A stretch of 64,000 bases of DNA from an uncultured Clostridia bacterium (GCA_946187325.1 CAMHQC010000008.1:20485-84484), one strand, 5' to 3'. Positions 1 to 10,272 are shown, numbered from the stretch's first letter. Notes: generated by a model from the sequence alone, not told the origin. Made by a program: numbers and translations.

Positions 1-83
1 TAACCGTACTCGTCATAGCCGTTATCGTATTCCTCATCGGGAGCATCCCACATACGTTTAAACTTATCTACAAATCCAGCCAT
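1..83 (-). CDS. sepF: Cell division protein SepF, 5' part only (runs off the window start)
   Basis: Hand translation from ATG at 83: MAGFVDKFKRMWDAPDEEYDNGYDEYG. GGAGG RBS upstream, acidic SepF-like N-terminus, directly downstream of yggS as in the usual yggS-sepF order. Confidence 0.7.
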   Translation of the reverse strand, partial: MAGFVDKFKRMWDAPDEEYDNGYDEYG

Positions 84-104
84 TTCTTATAATCCTCCTA
101 GATT

Positions 105-818
105 TCATTTATAATCACGGGCGCCGAACAACGACGAACCTACTCGTACCATTGTGGCTCCGGATATAATTGCTTCATAATAATCGGCAGACATTCCCAT
201 TGAAAGAATATCCATAGATATATTATCTATGTTTTTGCTCTTAATGTCAATAAATATATTGTTCATTTTATCGAAAAATTTCAGAATTTTTTGTGGACTA
301 TCACAAATAGGTGGTATACACATTAGACCTTTTACCGATATATTATCGAAATTCTTTATTTCGTCGAGTAATTCATAAAGCTTTTCCGCTTCAACTCCGC
401 TTTTACTTTCTTCCCCGCCTATATTAACCTCGACGAGTACATTTGAAGTTAAGTTGTTCTTAAGGGATTGTTTTGAAATTTCCCCGGCCAGCTTAACTGA
501 ATCAACTGATTGAATTAAGTCAACTTTATCGACTATTTGTCTTACTTTATTTGTCTGTAGATGTCCGATGAACTGTAATGAGCTGTTGTCTAAATCATAT
601 TTATCGTACTTAGAAAGAAGCTCCTGGACTTTATTTTCGCCTATATATTTAAGTCCGAGCGATATAGCGTAGTTAATAATTTCGGCGTCTACAGTTTTAG
701 TGGCGGCCAGAAAAGTAATATCTTCCCTATTTCTCCCTGATTTCAAGGCGGCTTCACAAATTCTTTCTTCTATCGTTTTATAATTATACTCAATATCATT
801 GAATAACTTTTCCGTCAT
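105..818 (-). CDS. yggS: YggS/PROSC family PLP-binding protein
   Basis: Motifs AATKT, GENKVQE, FIGHLQTNK, LSMGMS and VRVGSSLFG. Confidence 0.95.
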   Translation of the reverse strand: MTEKLFNDIEYNYKTIEERICEAALKSGRNREDITFLAATKTVDAEIINYAISLGLKYIGENKVQELLSKYDKYDLDNSSLQFIGHLQTNKVRQIVDKVDLIQSVDSVKLAGEISKQSLKNNLTSNVLVEVNIGGEESKSGVEAEKLYELLDEIKNFDNISVKGLMCIPPICDSPQKILKFFDKMNNIFIDIKSKNIDNISMDILSMGMSADYYEAIISGATMVRVGSSLFGARDYK

Positions 819-2091
819 ATAAATTATCTCCTTTTACTACAACCTGGTCATAAAGCTGCAAGGTTTCGTCGCTGAATAATACTCCTTCGTTCGGTTCGGT
901 TTCACACAGCACATAATCCTTACCCGAGTATTTAATCACGATTTCTTTAAAAATAAGCTCGGAACCGTGTAATACATATACGCCCTGTACCTTTTTCCTC
1001 TTAGTGACCTGATTACCGTTTTTATCTTTAACAGTCTTTTTAACATATCCCTCATGAATAGCTCGCTTGGATACTTTAAGACCTGTATATGATAATGTGG
1101 TAATATTTGTGTTTTCGTTACGAGCGTTAGCTATGTATTTATTCATATAATCACAGCTTAAAATCAGAACAGCGCTGTGTTTTCTGCTTTTTTGGTTAAT
1201 TGAATAAATCTTACTGGGTATCTTTTCCGAGGTGATTGTCGGCATAGAAATCGAAACAGATACGCCGTCGTTTTGTAATTTAGATAAAGTTACCGCGTTA
1301 TCGGCTGAAACCTTACAAGCTACATACCAAGTAGGATTGGTAACTACCTTACCTACAACATTCTTCTTAACTTTTCTTTTCTTTATATGCTCCAGCCGGC
1401 TTACGGTTAGGTTCTTTAAATCATTAAAATTATAAGACTTTTCATAGCCGTCGCAGGAAGATATAAAATATCCCGCTTTTGGAGCCGACAGCGAGCCGAT
1501 GCTGGATGAACAATTACTCTTTATCTTAGCACGCTCGGTTTTGAGTTCATTGATTTTGCTTTTAAAGCTGCGGGCTGAACCTGTAGTAATCTGTCGTCCG
1601 CATATAGAAAAGAGCAAGTCCTCACACGAGGATTTAGCGTCGATTAACTTTCCTGAATTAACATTTTCGGTAATAGTAAAAATATTATTGCTAATCTGAG
1701 CGTTGATAGTATCAAGTCCTACGCTGTCCTTGTAATAAGATTTAGAAAGCGATCTTAATTTTTTAATCTGCTTATTAATACTGCTTATTTGCTTTCTTGA
1801 TACAGCGTCGTTTTCGTTTCTGTAGATATCGGCTATAGTTTGTCCGCTGCTCACATCGTCGCCGTCGTTAATCTTATAAGATAAAACTCCGCTTGAGGAA
1901 TTTGTAACATAAGATTCCTCACGGAATATAAAAGTCTTAGCGTGAATAACGTCGGAAACAGTATTCGATACGGCTTCCTCGGTTTGTACGGCGTTTACGA
2001 AGTTCGCGCTTACAATAAGATAAACAATATACGCAACTATTAACACAGACAAAAGTCCGATTATAATTCTTTTAAATAATAATTTATCCAT
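796..2091 (-). CDS. Membrane-anchored HlyD/membrane-fusion-like hypothetical protein
   Basis: One N-terminal TM helix, biotinyl/lipoyl-like segment (GVLSYKINDGDDVSSGQTIA), coiled coil and beta-rich C-terminus. Overlaps yggS by 23 bp. Confidence 0.6.
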   Translation of the reverse strand: MDKLLFKRIIIGLLSVLIVAYIVYLIVSANFVNAVQTEEAVSNTVSDVIHAKTFIFREESYVTNSSSGVLSYKINDGDDVSSGQTIADIYRNENDAVSRKQISSINKQIKKLRSLSKSYYKDSVGLDTINAQISNNIFTITENVNSGKLIDAKSSCEDLLFSICGRQITTGSARSFKSKINELKTERAKIKSNCSSSIGSLSAPKAGYFISSCDGYEKSYNFNDLKNLTVSRLEHIKKRKVKKNVVGKVVTNPTWYVACKVSADNAVTLSKLQNDGVSVSISMPTITSEKIPSKIYSINQKSRKHSAVLILSCDYMNKYIANARNENTNITTLSYTGLKVSKRAIHEGYVKKTVKDKNGNQVTKRKKVQGVYVLHGSELIFKEIVIKYSGKDYVLCETEPNEGVLFSDETLQLYDQVVVKGDNLYDGKVIQ

Positions 2092-3028
2092 TTAAAAATC
2101 CTCGGTTATCAATTAAACTTTTTATATAATCAATCTGTTCGTTAACAGATTTTAACTCGTCAATATTTATCCAGTTAATCTTATTATTACGTTTAAACCA
2201 AGTTAGCTGTCGTTTCGCGTAATGACGAGTTTCGATTTTAATTCTGTCTATACACTCTTCCAAAGTTGAAGTGCCGTTAAAATACGGCTTCAACTGTTTA
2301 TATCCGATTGCCTTAGAAGCGGTTTCGCTTAAATCGGAATTAAGGACTTTTTCAGCTTCATTGACTAAACCTTCTTCAACCATAATATCAACACGTTTGT
2401 TGATTCTGCTGTACAAGTAACTTCTGTCGGCGGCTTTCAACCCGAAAATCATATAATCATACTCCGATTCGTTAGATCTGCTGTTTTCGATTTGTTCGGT
2501 GATTGTGACGCCTGTCGTTTTATAAAACTCAATCGCTCTTACTATTCGCTTTTGGTTACGTTCTTCGAAAAGACGTCTGTAAGAATACGGGTCAACTTCA
2601 AGAAGCATTTTTAAAAGATAGTCAATTCCCTTTGCTTCGGCGATTCTATTTAGCTCAGTTCGTAAGTCAGGATCGGAACTGTTATCAACAAACTCAATAC
2701 CGTTAAGAAACGAATCTATGTATAGCCCTGTTCCGCCGCAAATTATCGGAAGTTTATCTCTGTTTACGATATCATCGACTGCTTTTTTAGCGTCCTCCAC
2801 ATATTTACCTACCGAGTAAGACTTATTAGAATCTAAAAATCCGATTAAGTGATGCTTTATTCCCCGCATTTCTTCCTCGGCGGGCTTAGCGGTAGCTATA
2901 TCCATTCCGCGATAAATCTGCATACTGTCTGCGGAAACTATCTCGCCGTTATATAATTTAGCAAGTTCGATAGAAAGTGAGGTTTTTCCCGAAGCTGTCG
3001 GTCCTGCTACAACAAGTAATTTTTTCAT
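2084..3028 (-). CDS. miaA: tRNA dimethylallyltransferase
   Basis: GPTASGKT P-loop, DSMQIY, GGTGLY and YAKRQLTWF. Confidence 0.97.
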   Translation of the reverse strand: MKKLLVVAGPTASGKTSLSIELAKLYNGEIVSADSMQIYRGMDIATAKPAEEEMRGIKHHLIGFLDSNKSYSVGKYVEDAKKAVDDIVNRDKLPIICGGTGLYIDSFLNGIEFVDNSSDPDLRTELNRIAEAKGIDYLLKMLLEVDPYSYRRLFEERNQKRIVRAIEFYKTTGVTITEQIENSRSNESEYDYMIFGLKAADRSYLYSRINKRVDIMVEEGLVNEAEKVLNSDLSETASKAIGYKQLKPYFNGTSTLEECIDRIKIETRHYAKRQLTWFKRNNKINWINIDELKSVNEQIDYIKSLIDNRGFLNG

Positions 3029-3031
3029 AAT

Positions 3032-5005
3032 TTACACTCTGCCAAACTGTTTTTCAAGTTCGTATCTACTCAATACCATACATACAGGTCTGCCGTGAGG
3101 ACAATATCTTAGCGTAGGGTCTTCGTCGAGTTTATTAGCTATATCTATTAGTTCTTCACGTGTACTAATATTTCCGCCTTTAATCGCGGCTCTGCAAGCG
3201 ACATTATGATATATCCAATCCATCTTCTCGCTTCGGATATCCTTTTTGTTCTGAGCAATATATCCGGCCATCTCTATAACGGACGATTCTATATCGCTTA
3301 TGTCGAGATATTGCGGAGCGCCTCTTACGATAAGACTTCCGTTACCGAAATCCTCTATATCGAAGGCACATTCTTTAAACATATCGAGATTGCTTATAGC
3401 GGATTCGTAATCGTTTTTGTTCAAAGTAACAGTAATTGGCTGCAAAAGCACCTGAGTAAATCCCGCTCCTCTTTCTTTTTTTAAGCGTTCGTAAATCATA
3501 CGCTCATGAGCGGCGTGTTTATCTATTATGATAATTTCTTTATCGTTCTTTTCTACAAGAATATATGTTTTAAAGGCTTCACCTAAAAAAGTGAGTTTAT
3601 TTTTAGGTTGAGCGTATAAAGGCTCAGGCTCTTTTTCAACAACTTCTTTAGTTTCGTTTACGATTAGTTCTTCATCGGGAATATTCAGTTCGTTTTTGCT
3701 TTTGGAAACTATTACAGTATCCTCAGGTTTTGTTCTATTTATATTTTCCTGAATTTTATGCTCTATATCAGCCTCACGTCTCACGGCTTCCTTAGAGTAA
3801 ATATCCGTGGGAGAGTTAAAGTTACTTACTGAGGGATTAAAAGATTTAATCGGTTTAGAGGATTTGATAGCTTCATTTAAATACGCGAAAGGATCGGACT
3901 TTTTCTCTTCCTTTTTCTCAAAAACAGCGGGAGTTGTTACAAACGGCTTGGGCTTTTTTATCTCGGAAAAAGCGTTGTCATTTCTCGCGTTATTAAAGGT
4001 AACAGACTTTCTCTCGTCGTTATTGTTAAGAGATGTTTTAACCGCGTGATAAACAGCGTCAAATACAGGACGCTCGTTTATAAATCTAACCTCTATTTTA
4101 GACGGATGAACATTAACGTCAATAGCTTCAAACGGAATAGATATATGTAATACGCAAGCGGGAAATTTTCCAACCATAACATTTCCCTTACACGCTTCCT
4201 CTATCGCTGCCATTGCGGTTACAGATTTAACATACCTTCCGTTTATAAAGAAGTTTTGCATACTTCTGTTGGGGCGGGCGTTTACAGGTTTAGAAATATA
4301 GCCTTTTACGGTTATTCCGTTTAGCTCATAGTTAACGGGTATTAATCCGTTAGCGAAATCACGCCCGTAAACCGAGTATATCGCTGATTTAATCTTTCCG
4401 TCACCCGAAGTGTTTAAAACTCGTTTTCCGTCACGTATAAACGTAAAAGCTATTTCGGGATGGGATAAAGCTATCTTATCTATTACATTAGCTACCGCAT
4501 TACCCTCCGCCCTGTCTTTTTTCAGAAACTTCATTCGAGCCGGAATATTATAGAATAAATCTCTTACTATTATCGTTGTACCCACAGGGCAGCCCGCGTC
4601 GTCGAAGGAGACTTCCTCTCCTCCGTCAATTTCGTAAGATATGCCTATATCCTCGTTTTCGTTACGAGTTAAAAGCTGTAATCTTGATACAGATGAAATA
4701 GACGATAAAGCCTCTCCTCTGAATCCGAGTGTAGAAATACGATCGAGGTCGTTCTCAAGTTTAATCTTACTTGTAGCGTGCGGTAAAAAAGCGAGTTTTA
4801 CATCGTCACGCATAATACCGCAACCGTTATCGGTGACTCTCATAAATGTGATGCCGCCGTTCTGAATTTCTACAGTAATGTCGGAAGATCCGGCGTCTAT
4901 TGAGTTTTCAATCATTTCTTTAATCGCTGACGCGGGACGTTCTACAACCTCGCCCGCGGCAATAAGCTCTGCAACGTGTTTATCCAGAACATTAATAACA
5001 CCCAT
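3032..5005 (-). CDS. mutL: DNA mismatch repair endonuclease MutL
   Basis: IAAGEVVERP, GFRGEAL, DKHAAHER endonuclease motif and CPHGRP. Confidence 0.97.
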   Translation of the reverse strand: MGVINVLDKHVAELIAAGEVVERPASAIKEMIENSIDAGSSDITVEIQNGGITFMRVTDNGCGIMRDDVKLAFLPHATSKIKLENDLDRISTLGFRGEALSSISSVSRLQLLTRNENEDIGISYEIDGGEEVSFDDAGCPVGTTIIVRDLFYNIPARMKFLKKDRAEGNAVANVIDKIALSHPEIAFTFIRDGKRVLNTSGDGKIKSAIYSVYGRDFANGLIPVNYELNGITVKGYISKPVNARPNRSMQNFFINGRYVKSVTAMAAIEEACKGNVMVGKFPACVLHISIPFEAIDVNVHPSKIEVRFINERPVFDAVYHAVKTSLNNNDERKSVTFNNARNDNAFSEIKKPKPFVTTPAVFEKKEEKKSDPFAYLNEAIKSSKPIKSFNPSVSNFNSPTDIYSKEAVRREADIEHKIQENINRTKPEDTVIVSKSKNELNIPDEELIVNETKEVVEKEPEPLYAQPKNKLTFLGEAFKTYILVEKNDKEIIIIDKHAAHERMIYERLKKERGAGFTQVLLQPITVTLNKNDYESAISNLDMFKECAFDIEDFGNGSLIVRGAPQYLDISDIESSVIEMAGYIAQNKKDIRSEKMDWIYHNVACRAAIKGGNISTREELIDIANKLDEDPTLRYCPHGRPVCMVLSRYELEKQFGRV

Positions 5006-5017
5006 TTATTTCACCAC

Positions 5018-7615
5018 CTAGACCATATTTTTTAATTCATAAAGTAAATTCATCGCTTCTATCGGAGTAAGCGTATTTAAATCTACATTCTTTAATTTAT
5101 CAGCGATAGCGGAATCGATACTCGGCATTAAACTGAGCTGTTCGATATCCTGAGCTGATTTTTTAACCTTATTAATAACATTAATCTTACTGTTACCGCT
5201 CTCCAGCTCAGAGAGAATCTCTTTAGCCCTGTCGGTAATATAATCGGGAATTCCCGCTAATTTAGCAACCTCAATACCGTAGCTGTCATCGGCGCCGCCC
5301 GGAACAATTCTTCTAAGAAAAGTAATATCGTCGCCTTTCTTCTTAACGGCGATATTAAAGTTGTTTACACCGTCAATAACTTCCTCCAGTACGGTGAGTT
5401 CGTGATAATGAGTAGCAAAGAGCGCTTTAGCTCCGAGTTTTTTCTTATCGGCGACATATTCGAGTACAGCTCTCGCAATGCTCATACCGTCAAAGGTGGA
5501 GGTGCCTCGACCTATTTCGTCGAGAATAAGCAAGGATTTAGAAGTAGCGTTGGTTATAATATTAGCGACTTCACTCATTTCAACCATAAAGGTGGATTGT
5601 CCCGAAGCTAAATCATCAGAGGCGCCTACCCTTGTAAATATACTGTCAACAATTCCGATTTCAGCAGAAGCGGCAGGTACAAAGCTTCCGATTTGAGCCA
5701 TAAGTACAATTAGAGCAACCTGTCTCATATATGTAGACTTACCGGCCATATTCGGTCCTGTAATAATGGCAACCCTGTTTGCCGAGCAGTTAAGATAAAC
5801 GTCGTTCGGTACGAACGGAGCGCCGTTTAAAAGCTGTTCTACTACAGGATGACGGCTGTCTTTAAGCAGAATATTATCTTTTAGATTAACATCGGGGCGG
5901 ACATACCTGTTATCAGCCGCGACATTAGCGAGTGAATTTAATACATCGAGTTCAGCTATAGCCGATGCTGTATCCTGAATACGCTCAAGCTGAGAGGCTA
6001 CCTGTTTTCTAATCTCGTCAAACAGCTTGTACTCCAGCGCGATAGCCTTATCCTTAGCGCCGAGAATACGACCTTCTATATTTTTTAATTCCTGAGTAAT
6101 ATATCGTTCACAGTTGGTTAAAGTCTGTTTTCGTATATAAGTTTCGGGAACCATATCTTTATACGAATTAGTAACCTCGATATAATAACCGAAAACCCTG
6201 TTATATCCTACTCGAAGCTTCGGGATTTTAGTAATTTCACGCTGTTCTTCCTCGAGCTTAGACAGGATACCTGTCGAATTATTCATATCCTCGCTTACTT
6301 CGTCTAGTTCCTGATTATAACCTCGCTTAATAATTCCGCCTTCCTTTACGGTAAACGGAGGTTCTTCAACAATAGCGTCGTCGATAAGCTTATAAATATC
6401 CTCTAAGGTATCGAGCTTATTATAAAGTTGTTTTAACAAACTTGATTCACAGCTGCGCAAAAGCTCCTTAATCTGAGGGAGCTTTTCAACAGCGCTTGCG
6501 AGCGAACGAAGCTCTCTGCCCTTAGCTGAACCGTATACGATATTGGTCATAAGCCGTTCTATATCGAAAATACCGACTAAAGCGGCTGTTAAATCGAGTC
6601 TTAGAACGGTTTCATTCACTAATTCTTCTACGGCGCTTTGTCTGTTTATAATCTTTGTAACGTTTAAAAGGGGTTTTTCTATCCAGTTTCTAAGAAGACG
6701 TTTACCCATAGAGGTCTTTGTCTTATCAAGTACCCAAAGTAAAGAACCGCGCTTTTCTTTAGTAAGCATAGTTTGGGTAAGTTCTAAGTTTCTCTGGGTA
6801 TTAAAATCAAGACGCATAAACTGATTTTCGGAGAAAAGGTTAATACGATTGATACGCTCGAGTCCGTTTTTTTGGGTATCTTTAAGATAAGACATCAACG
6901 CTCCTAAAGCGCAAATAATAATCTGTTTATCAGAAATCAGCTCATAATCGTTTTTAAACTGTGTTTTCACAACATCATTGCAGGTCATAAAGGCGAAGCT
7001 GCTCTCGTTTAGCATTTCGACTGTAGTTGAAAGCTTATCCTTAATGAACGCGGGAAGCTCTTTAAAATCTATAACATCTCCGCCGATTAATATTTCACGA
7101 GGATTGTAACCGGTAAGCTGGCTTTTAATCTTCTCTACACAGTCCTTACCTTTAAAATCGGTGACGTATAATTCTCCTGTGGAAATATCACAGAAACACA
7201 TAGCCACATTATTCTTTTCGGCATAAATGCAGCAGATATAGTTGTTACGGCTTTCGTCGAGCATACTGCTTTCGATTACGGTACCCGGCGTTACTACTCT
7301 GACAATATCTCTTTGGACTATACTCTTTGCTTTAGACGGATCTTCCATCTGTTCACAAATAGCGACCTTATAGCCCTTTTGAACAAGACGAGCTATATAG
7401 CTCTCACAGCTATGGTAAGGAACTCCGCACATCGGAGCGCGCTCTTTAAGACCGCAATCACGCCCTGTTAGAGTGAGTTCGAGTTCTTTAGACGCAAGCT
7501 TAGCGTCGTCGAAAAACATCTCGTAGAAATCGCCGAGCCTAAAGAATAAAATACTATCTTTATTCTCGTCTTTAATTTTTAGATACTGTTGCATCATAGG
7601 CGACAGCTTTTCCAT
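5018..7615 (-). CDS. mutS: DNA mismatch repair protein MutS (start moved to ATG at 7615)
   Basis: SPMMQQY, FFRLGDFYEMF, TGPNMAGKST, STFMVEM, DEIGRGT and FATHYHEL. AAGGAG RBS precedes the ATG at 7615. Confidence 0.97.
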   Translation of the reverse strand: MEKLSPMMQQYLKIKDENKDSILFFRLGDFYEMFFDDAKLASKELELTLTGRDCGLKERAPMCGVPYHSCESYIARLVQKGYKVAICEQMEDPSKAKSIVQRDIVRVVTPGTVIESSMLDESRNNYICCIYAEKNNVAMCFCDISTGELYVTDFKGKDCVEKIKSQLTGYNPREILIGGDVIDFKELPAFIKDKLSTTVEMLNESSFAFMTCNDVVKTQFKNDYELISDKQIIICALGALMSYLKDTQKNGLERINRINLFSENQFMRLDFNTQRNLELTQTMLTKEKRGSLLWVLDKTKTSMGKRLLRNWIEKPLLNVTKIINRQSAVEELVNETVLRLDLTAALVGIFDIERLMTNIVYGSAKGRELRSLASAVEKLPQIKELLRSCESSLLKQLYNKLDTLEDIYKLIDDAIVEEPPFTVKEGGIIKRGYNQELDEVSEDMNNSTGILSKLEEEQREITKIPKLRVGYNRVFGYYIEVTNSYKDMVPETYIRKQTLTNCERYITQELKNIEGRILGAKDKAIALEYKLFDEIRKQVASQLERIQDTASAIAELDVLNSLANVAADNRYVRPDVNLKDNILLKDSRHPVVEQLLNGAPFVPNDVYLNCSANRVAIITGPNMAGKSTYMRQVALIVLMAQIGSFVPAASAEIGIVDSIFTRVGASDDLASGQSTFMVEMSEVANIITNATSKSLLILDEIGRGTSTFDGMSIARAVLEYVADKKKLGAKALFATHYHELTVLEEVIDGVNNFNIAVKKKGDDITFLRRIVPGGADDSYGIEVAKLAGIPDYITDRAKEILSELESGNSKINVINKVKKSAQDIEQLSLMPSIDSAIADKLKNVDLNTLTPIEAMNLLYELKNMV

Positions 7616-7648
7616 AAACCCACTCCTTTCTTTATCCAAAGTAAATTA

Positions 7649-8053
7649 TTAACCGCAACCGCCGCAGGTTGAACAGCTTCCTGTACAAGAAGCGTCGAAA
7701 TCGGTAGTTTCGGGATCTTCGCCCGCAATACAATTCTGGAGAATAGTCATAACTCTGCCCGAGATTTTATCGAACTCCTGCTTAGCTTCATTATAAGCTT
7801 TCATATTTTCGTTAGCCATAATATCAGCGTATACTTTCTGCATCTCTTTATTTAACTGAGCTATTTTTTCTCCATCTTTTTCGGTTTTTTGAGTTTCTAC
7901 GTTAACGGATAATCTTTTTAAATTAAAATCTTTAATTAAGCCCTGAAGCTCAGTATCGGCGTCAGCTTTAGATTCAGCCGCGCGCATATTCTTGTAAGAT
8001 TCTTCCTGCTGGAGAAGCTTACCGAGTTCTCTTGTCATTTCAATTGTATCCAT
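7649..8053 (-). CDS. YlbF/YmcA (Ric) family protein with Cys-rich C-terminal tail
   Basis: Helical Com_YlbF-like body. Lies between miaB and mutS, as ymcA does in B. subtilis. Ends CTGSCSTCGGCG. Confidence 0.8.
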   Translation of the reverse strand: MDTIEMTRELGKLLQQEESYKNMRAAESKADADTELQGLIKDFNLKRLSVNVETQKTEKDGEKIAQLNKEMQKVYADIMANENMKAYNEAKQEFDKISGRVMTILQNCIAGEDPETTDFDASCTGSCSTCGGCG

Positions 8054-8056
8054 ATT

Positions 8057-9475
8057 TTACTCCTTTACTAAATCACCTTTTAAAATCCAGTTTCCTGCTT
8101 TTGTTATTTTTACATTCCGAAACGTTCCGATTAAGTTTTTCGGAGCTTTTGTTTCTACAATAATATTCCCGCTTGTACGGCAGTTTAGTATATCGTCTTT
8201 ACCTTTTTCGGATTCTACTAAAACCTTTTGAGTAGTTCCTACCATCGAGCCGCAACGCTTAGACGCGATTTCTTCCTGGACATCGAGAAGCTCTCTAAAC
8301 CATTTTGATTTTTCTTCGGCGGAAATAGGATCATCCATCTCAGCCGCCGGAGTTCCGACTCTTGGAGAATAAATAAATGTAAATAAAGACGTAAACTCAA
8401 CTTCTTTTATAAGAGATAAAGTTTCTTTAAAATCTTCGTACGTTTCACCCGGGAAGCCGACAATAACGTCGCTGGTCAGCGACACGTCGGGGATTTTACT
8501 TTTAGCGTAATTTACTATTTCGAGATACTTTTTCCTGTCGTAATGGCGGTTCATAAGTTTTAAAATTCTATCCGAGCCCGACTGGAAAGGTAAATGAAGA
8601 TGCTTACTTATATGTTTAGACGAGGCTATTGTGTCTATAAGCTCCTTGGTACAGTCTTTTGGATGCGAGGTCATAAACCTAAGCCAGTAATCGCCGTCTA
8701 TACTATCGACTTGCGAAATCAATTGCGAGAAATTAACATCTTCCTTTAAGGTCTTGCCGTAGGAGTTTACATTTTGACCGAGTAAGGTAATATCCTTATA
8801 ACCGAGATCTATCATTTCTTTGGCTTCTTTAAGGATAATATCTTTTTGACGGCTTCTTTCCCTGCCTCGTACATACGGTACGATACAGTATGTACAGAAG
8901 TTGTTACAACCGTACATTATAGGGAGCCAGCCCTTAAAGCTCCCGTCGCGTTTAACGGGTATTCCCTCGTGAATCATACTGTCGTCATTATCTCTTAGAT
9001 AAACACGTTTTCCGCCTGATAAGGTTTTATACAGCAACTCAGGAAATAAATGCAAGGCATGAGTTCCGAAAACTAAATTAACGTAAGGAAAGCTTTTATA
9101 CATTCTGTCGGCAATATGCTTTTGTTCCATCATACAACCGCACAGAGCTATAATAGTGTCGGGATATTTACGCTTTAGATTCTTTAAAGCGCCTACGTTA
9201 CCGAAAACTCTGTCCTCAGCATGTTCTCTAACAGCGCACGTGTTAAAGAGAATAAAATCGGCGTTATCGGGTTTATCCTCGAACACAAATCCCGCCTTAG
9301 AGAGCATACCTTTAATATTCTCTCCGTCGGCAACATTTTGTTGACAACCGTAGGTATGTATATACGCGACAGGTTTATCGCCGCGCTTGCGTTTTTCCAT
9401 TATTTCAAAAATAATATTCAGGTACTCGCTCTGAGTTTCGTTAAAATCAGTTAAAGTACTAAACTTTTCTGCCAA
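8057..9475 (-). CDS. miaB: tRNA-2-methylthio-N6-dimethylallyladenosine synthase MiaB (probable TTG start at 9475)
   Basis: HTYGCQQN, NTCAVRE, GCNNFCTYC radical SAM motif and C-terminal TRAM. The ORF-track extension contains the promoter, so the start is moved to TTG at 9475. Confidence 0.93.
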   Translation of the reverse strand: MAEKFSTLTDFNETQSEYLNIIFEIMEKRKRGDKPVAYIHTYGCQQNVADGENIKGMLSKAGFVFEDKPDNADFILFNTCAVREHAEDRVFGNVGALKNLKRKYPDTIIALCGCMMEQKHIADRMYKSFPYVNLVFGTHALHLFPELLYKTLSGGKRVYLRDNDDSMIHEGIPVKRDGSFKGWLPIMYGCNNFCTYCIVPYVRGRERSRQKDIILKEAKEMIDLGYKDITLLGQNVNSYGKTLKEDVNFSQLISQVDSIDGDYWLRFMTSHPKDCTKELIDTIASSKHISKHLHLPFQSGSDRILKLMNRHYDRKKYLEIVNYAKSKIPDVSLTSDVIVGFPGETYEDFKETLSLIKEVEFTSLFTFIYSPRVGTPAAEMDDPISAEEKSKWFRELLDVQEEIASKRCGSMVGTTQKVLVESEKGKDDILNCRTSGNIIVETKAPKNLIGTFRNVKITKAGNWILKGDLVKE

Positions 9476-9509
9476 GACAAATTGCCCCAATCTAATTACA
9501 TTCCAGAAA

Positions 9510-9538
9510 ATTATAGCACAAAACCTAAAATAATACAA
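9510..9538 (-). promoter_or_regulatory. SigA-type promoter for miaB-ymcA-mutSL-miaA
   Basis: TTGTAT-17 bp-TATAAT with TG extension (tgcTATAAT). Confidence 0.7.
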
Positions 9539-9583
9539 TAGATTTTGTGCTGTTTTTTACTATATTTTGTGTTATTTTTAATT

Positions 9584-10225
9584 TTATCTCACAATATCTG
9601 CGTATGTTGACGGTACAGTTCCGATAATAACTGTCTGAGCGATTTCATAATCGGTAGTATATTTTATTTTTTCGCTGTATTCGGGGCTGATTGTTATAAT
9701 TTCAGTAGTAATTATAAGGTAAATATGGTGTATGGTCTGATTAACACCCCCGCTTTTAAACTCGCTTTTTATATCGCAATTTACAGACCCGGTGAGTATA
9801 AAGCTGATTTCGATATCAGGTCCAAGCGTGCTCAGTAAGGTTATATCGGTAAATGAGCCTAACGGAAGTGAAAACTTATATATTCTAGCCTTATCCAGTT
9901 CATTTTGGATATATTTTATTAATGTAGATTTAATTCTGTTCATATTTAAGGAGTTTGATGAAATAGAGTTTACTTGTCCTGATTTAGAGTAATTAATTTC
10001 CGATAAATCATCGTAGTTGTATTTATATTTATTTAATGTTTTTTCTACCGACTCCCCTATTATCTTAGACGAAATAGTTTTAGCCTGTTTATTTACACAT
10101 TTTCTTGTAAATGGTATCGCCTGAATTTCGAATAATACAGTTAAAACTATAATCAGGCATATTGATATAATAAATATCCTTCTCAGCTTTTTATGTAGTC
10201 TTGAAGTTTTCTTTTTATAAAGCAA
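9584..10225 (-). CDS. yunB: Sporulation protein YunB
   Basis: N-terminal TM, Y.DL..I.Y...G.V..I..N, LPLGS, GINQT-like GVNQTIHHIY and AQTVIIGTVPSTY. TTG start. Confidence 0.85.
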   Translation of the reverse strand: MLYKKKTSRLHKKLRRIFIISICLIIVLTVLFEIQAIPFTRKCVNKQAKTISSKIIGESVEKTLNKYKYNYDDLSEINYSKSGQVNSISSNSLNMNRIKSTLIKYIQNELDKARIYKFSLPLGSFTDITLLSTLGPDIEISFILTGSVNCDIKSEFKSGGVNQTIHHIYLIITTEIITISPEYSEKIKYTTDYEIAQTVIIGTVPSTYADIVR

Positions 10226-10260
10226 AAAACACCCCTCGTTATTCTATACGAGAGGTGTTT
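10224..10260 (-). terminator. Intrinsic terminator of the efp-CD1247-like operon, overlapping the yunB RBS and start
   Basis: Minus strand aaacacctctcgt-loop-acgaggggtgttt followed by a T-run. Confidence 0.7.
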
Positions 10261-10272
10261 AATTGTTACATT

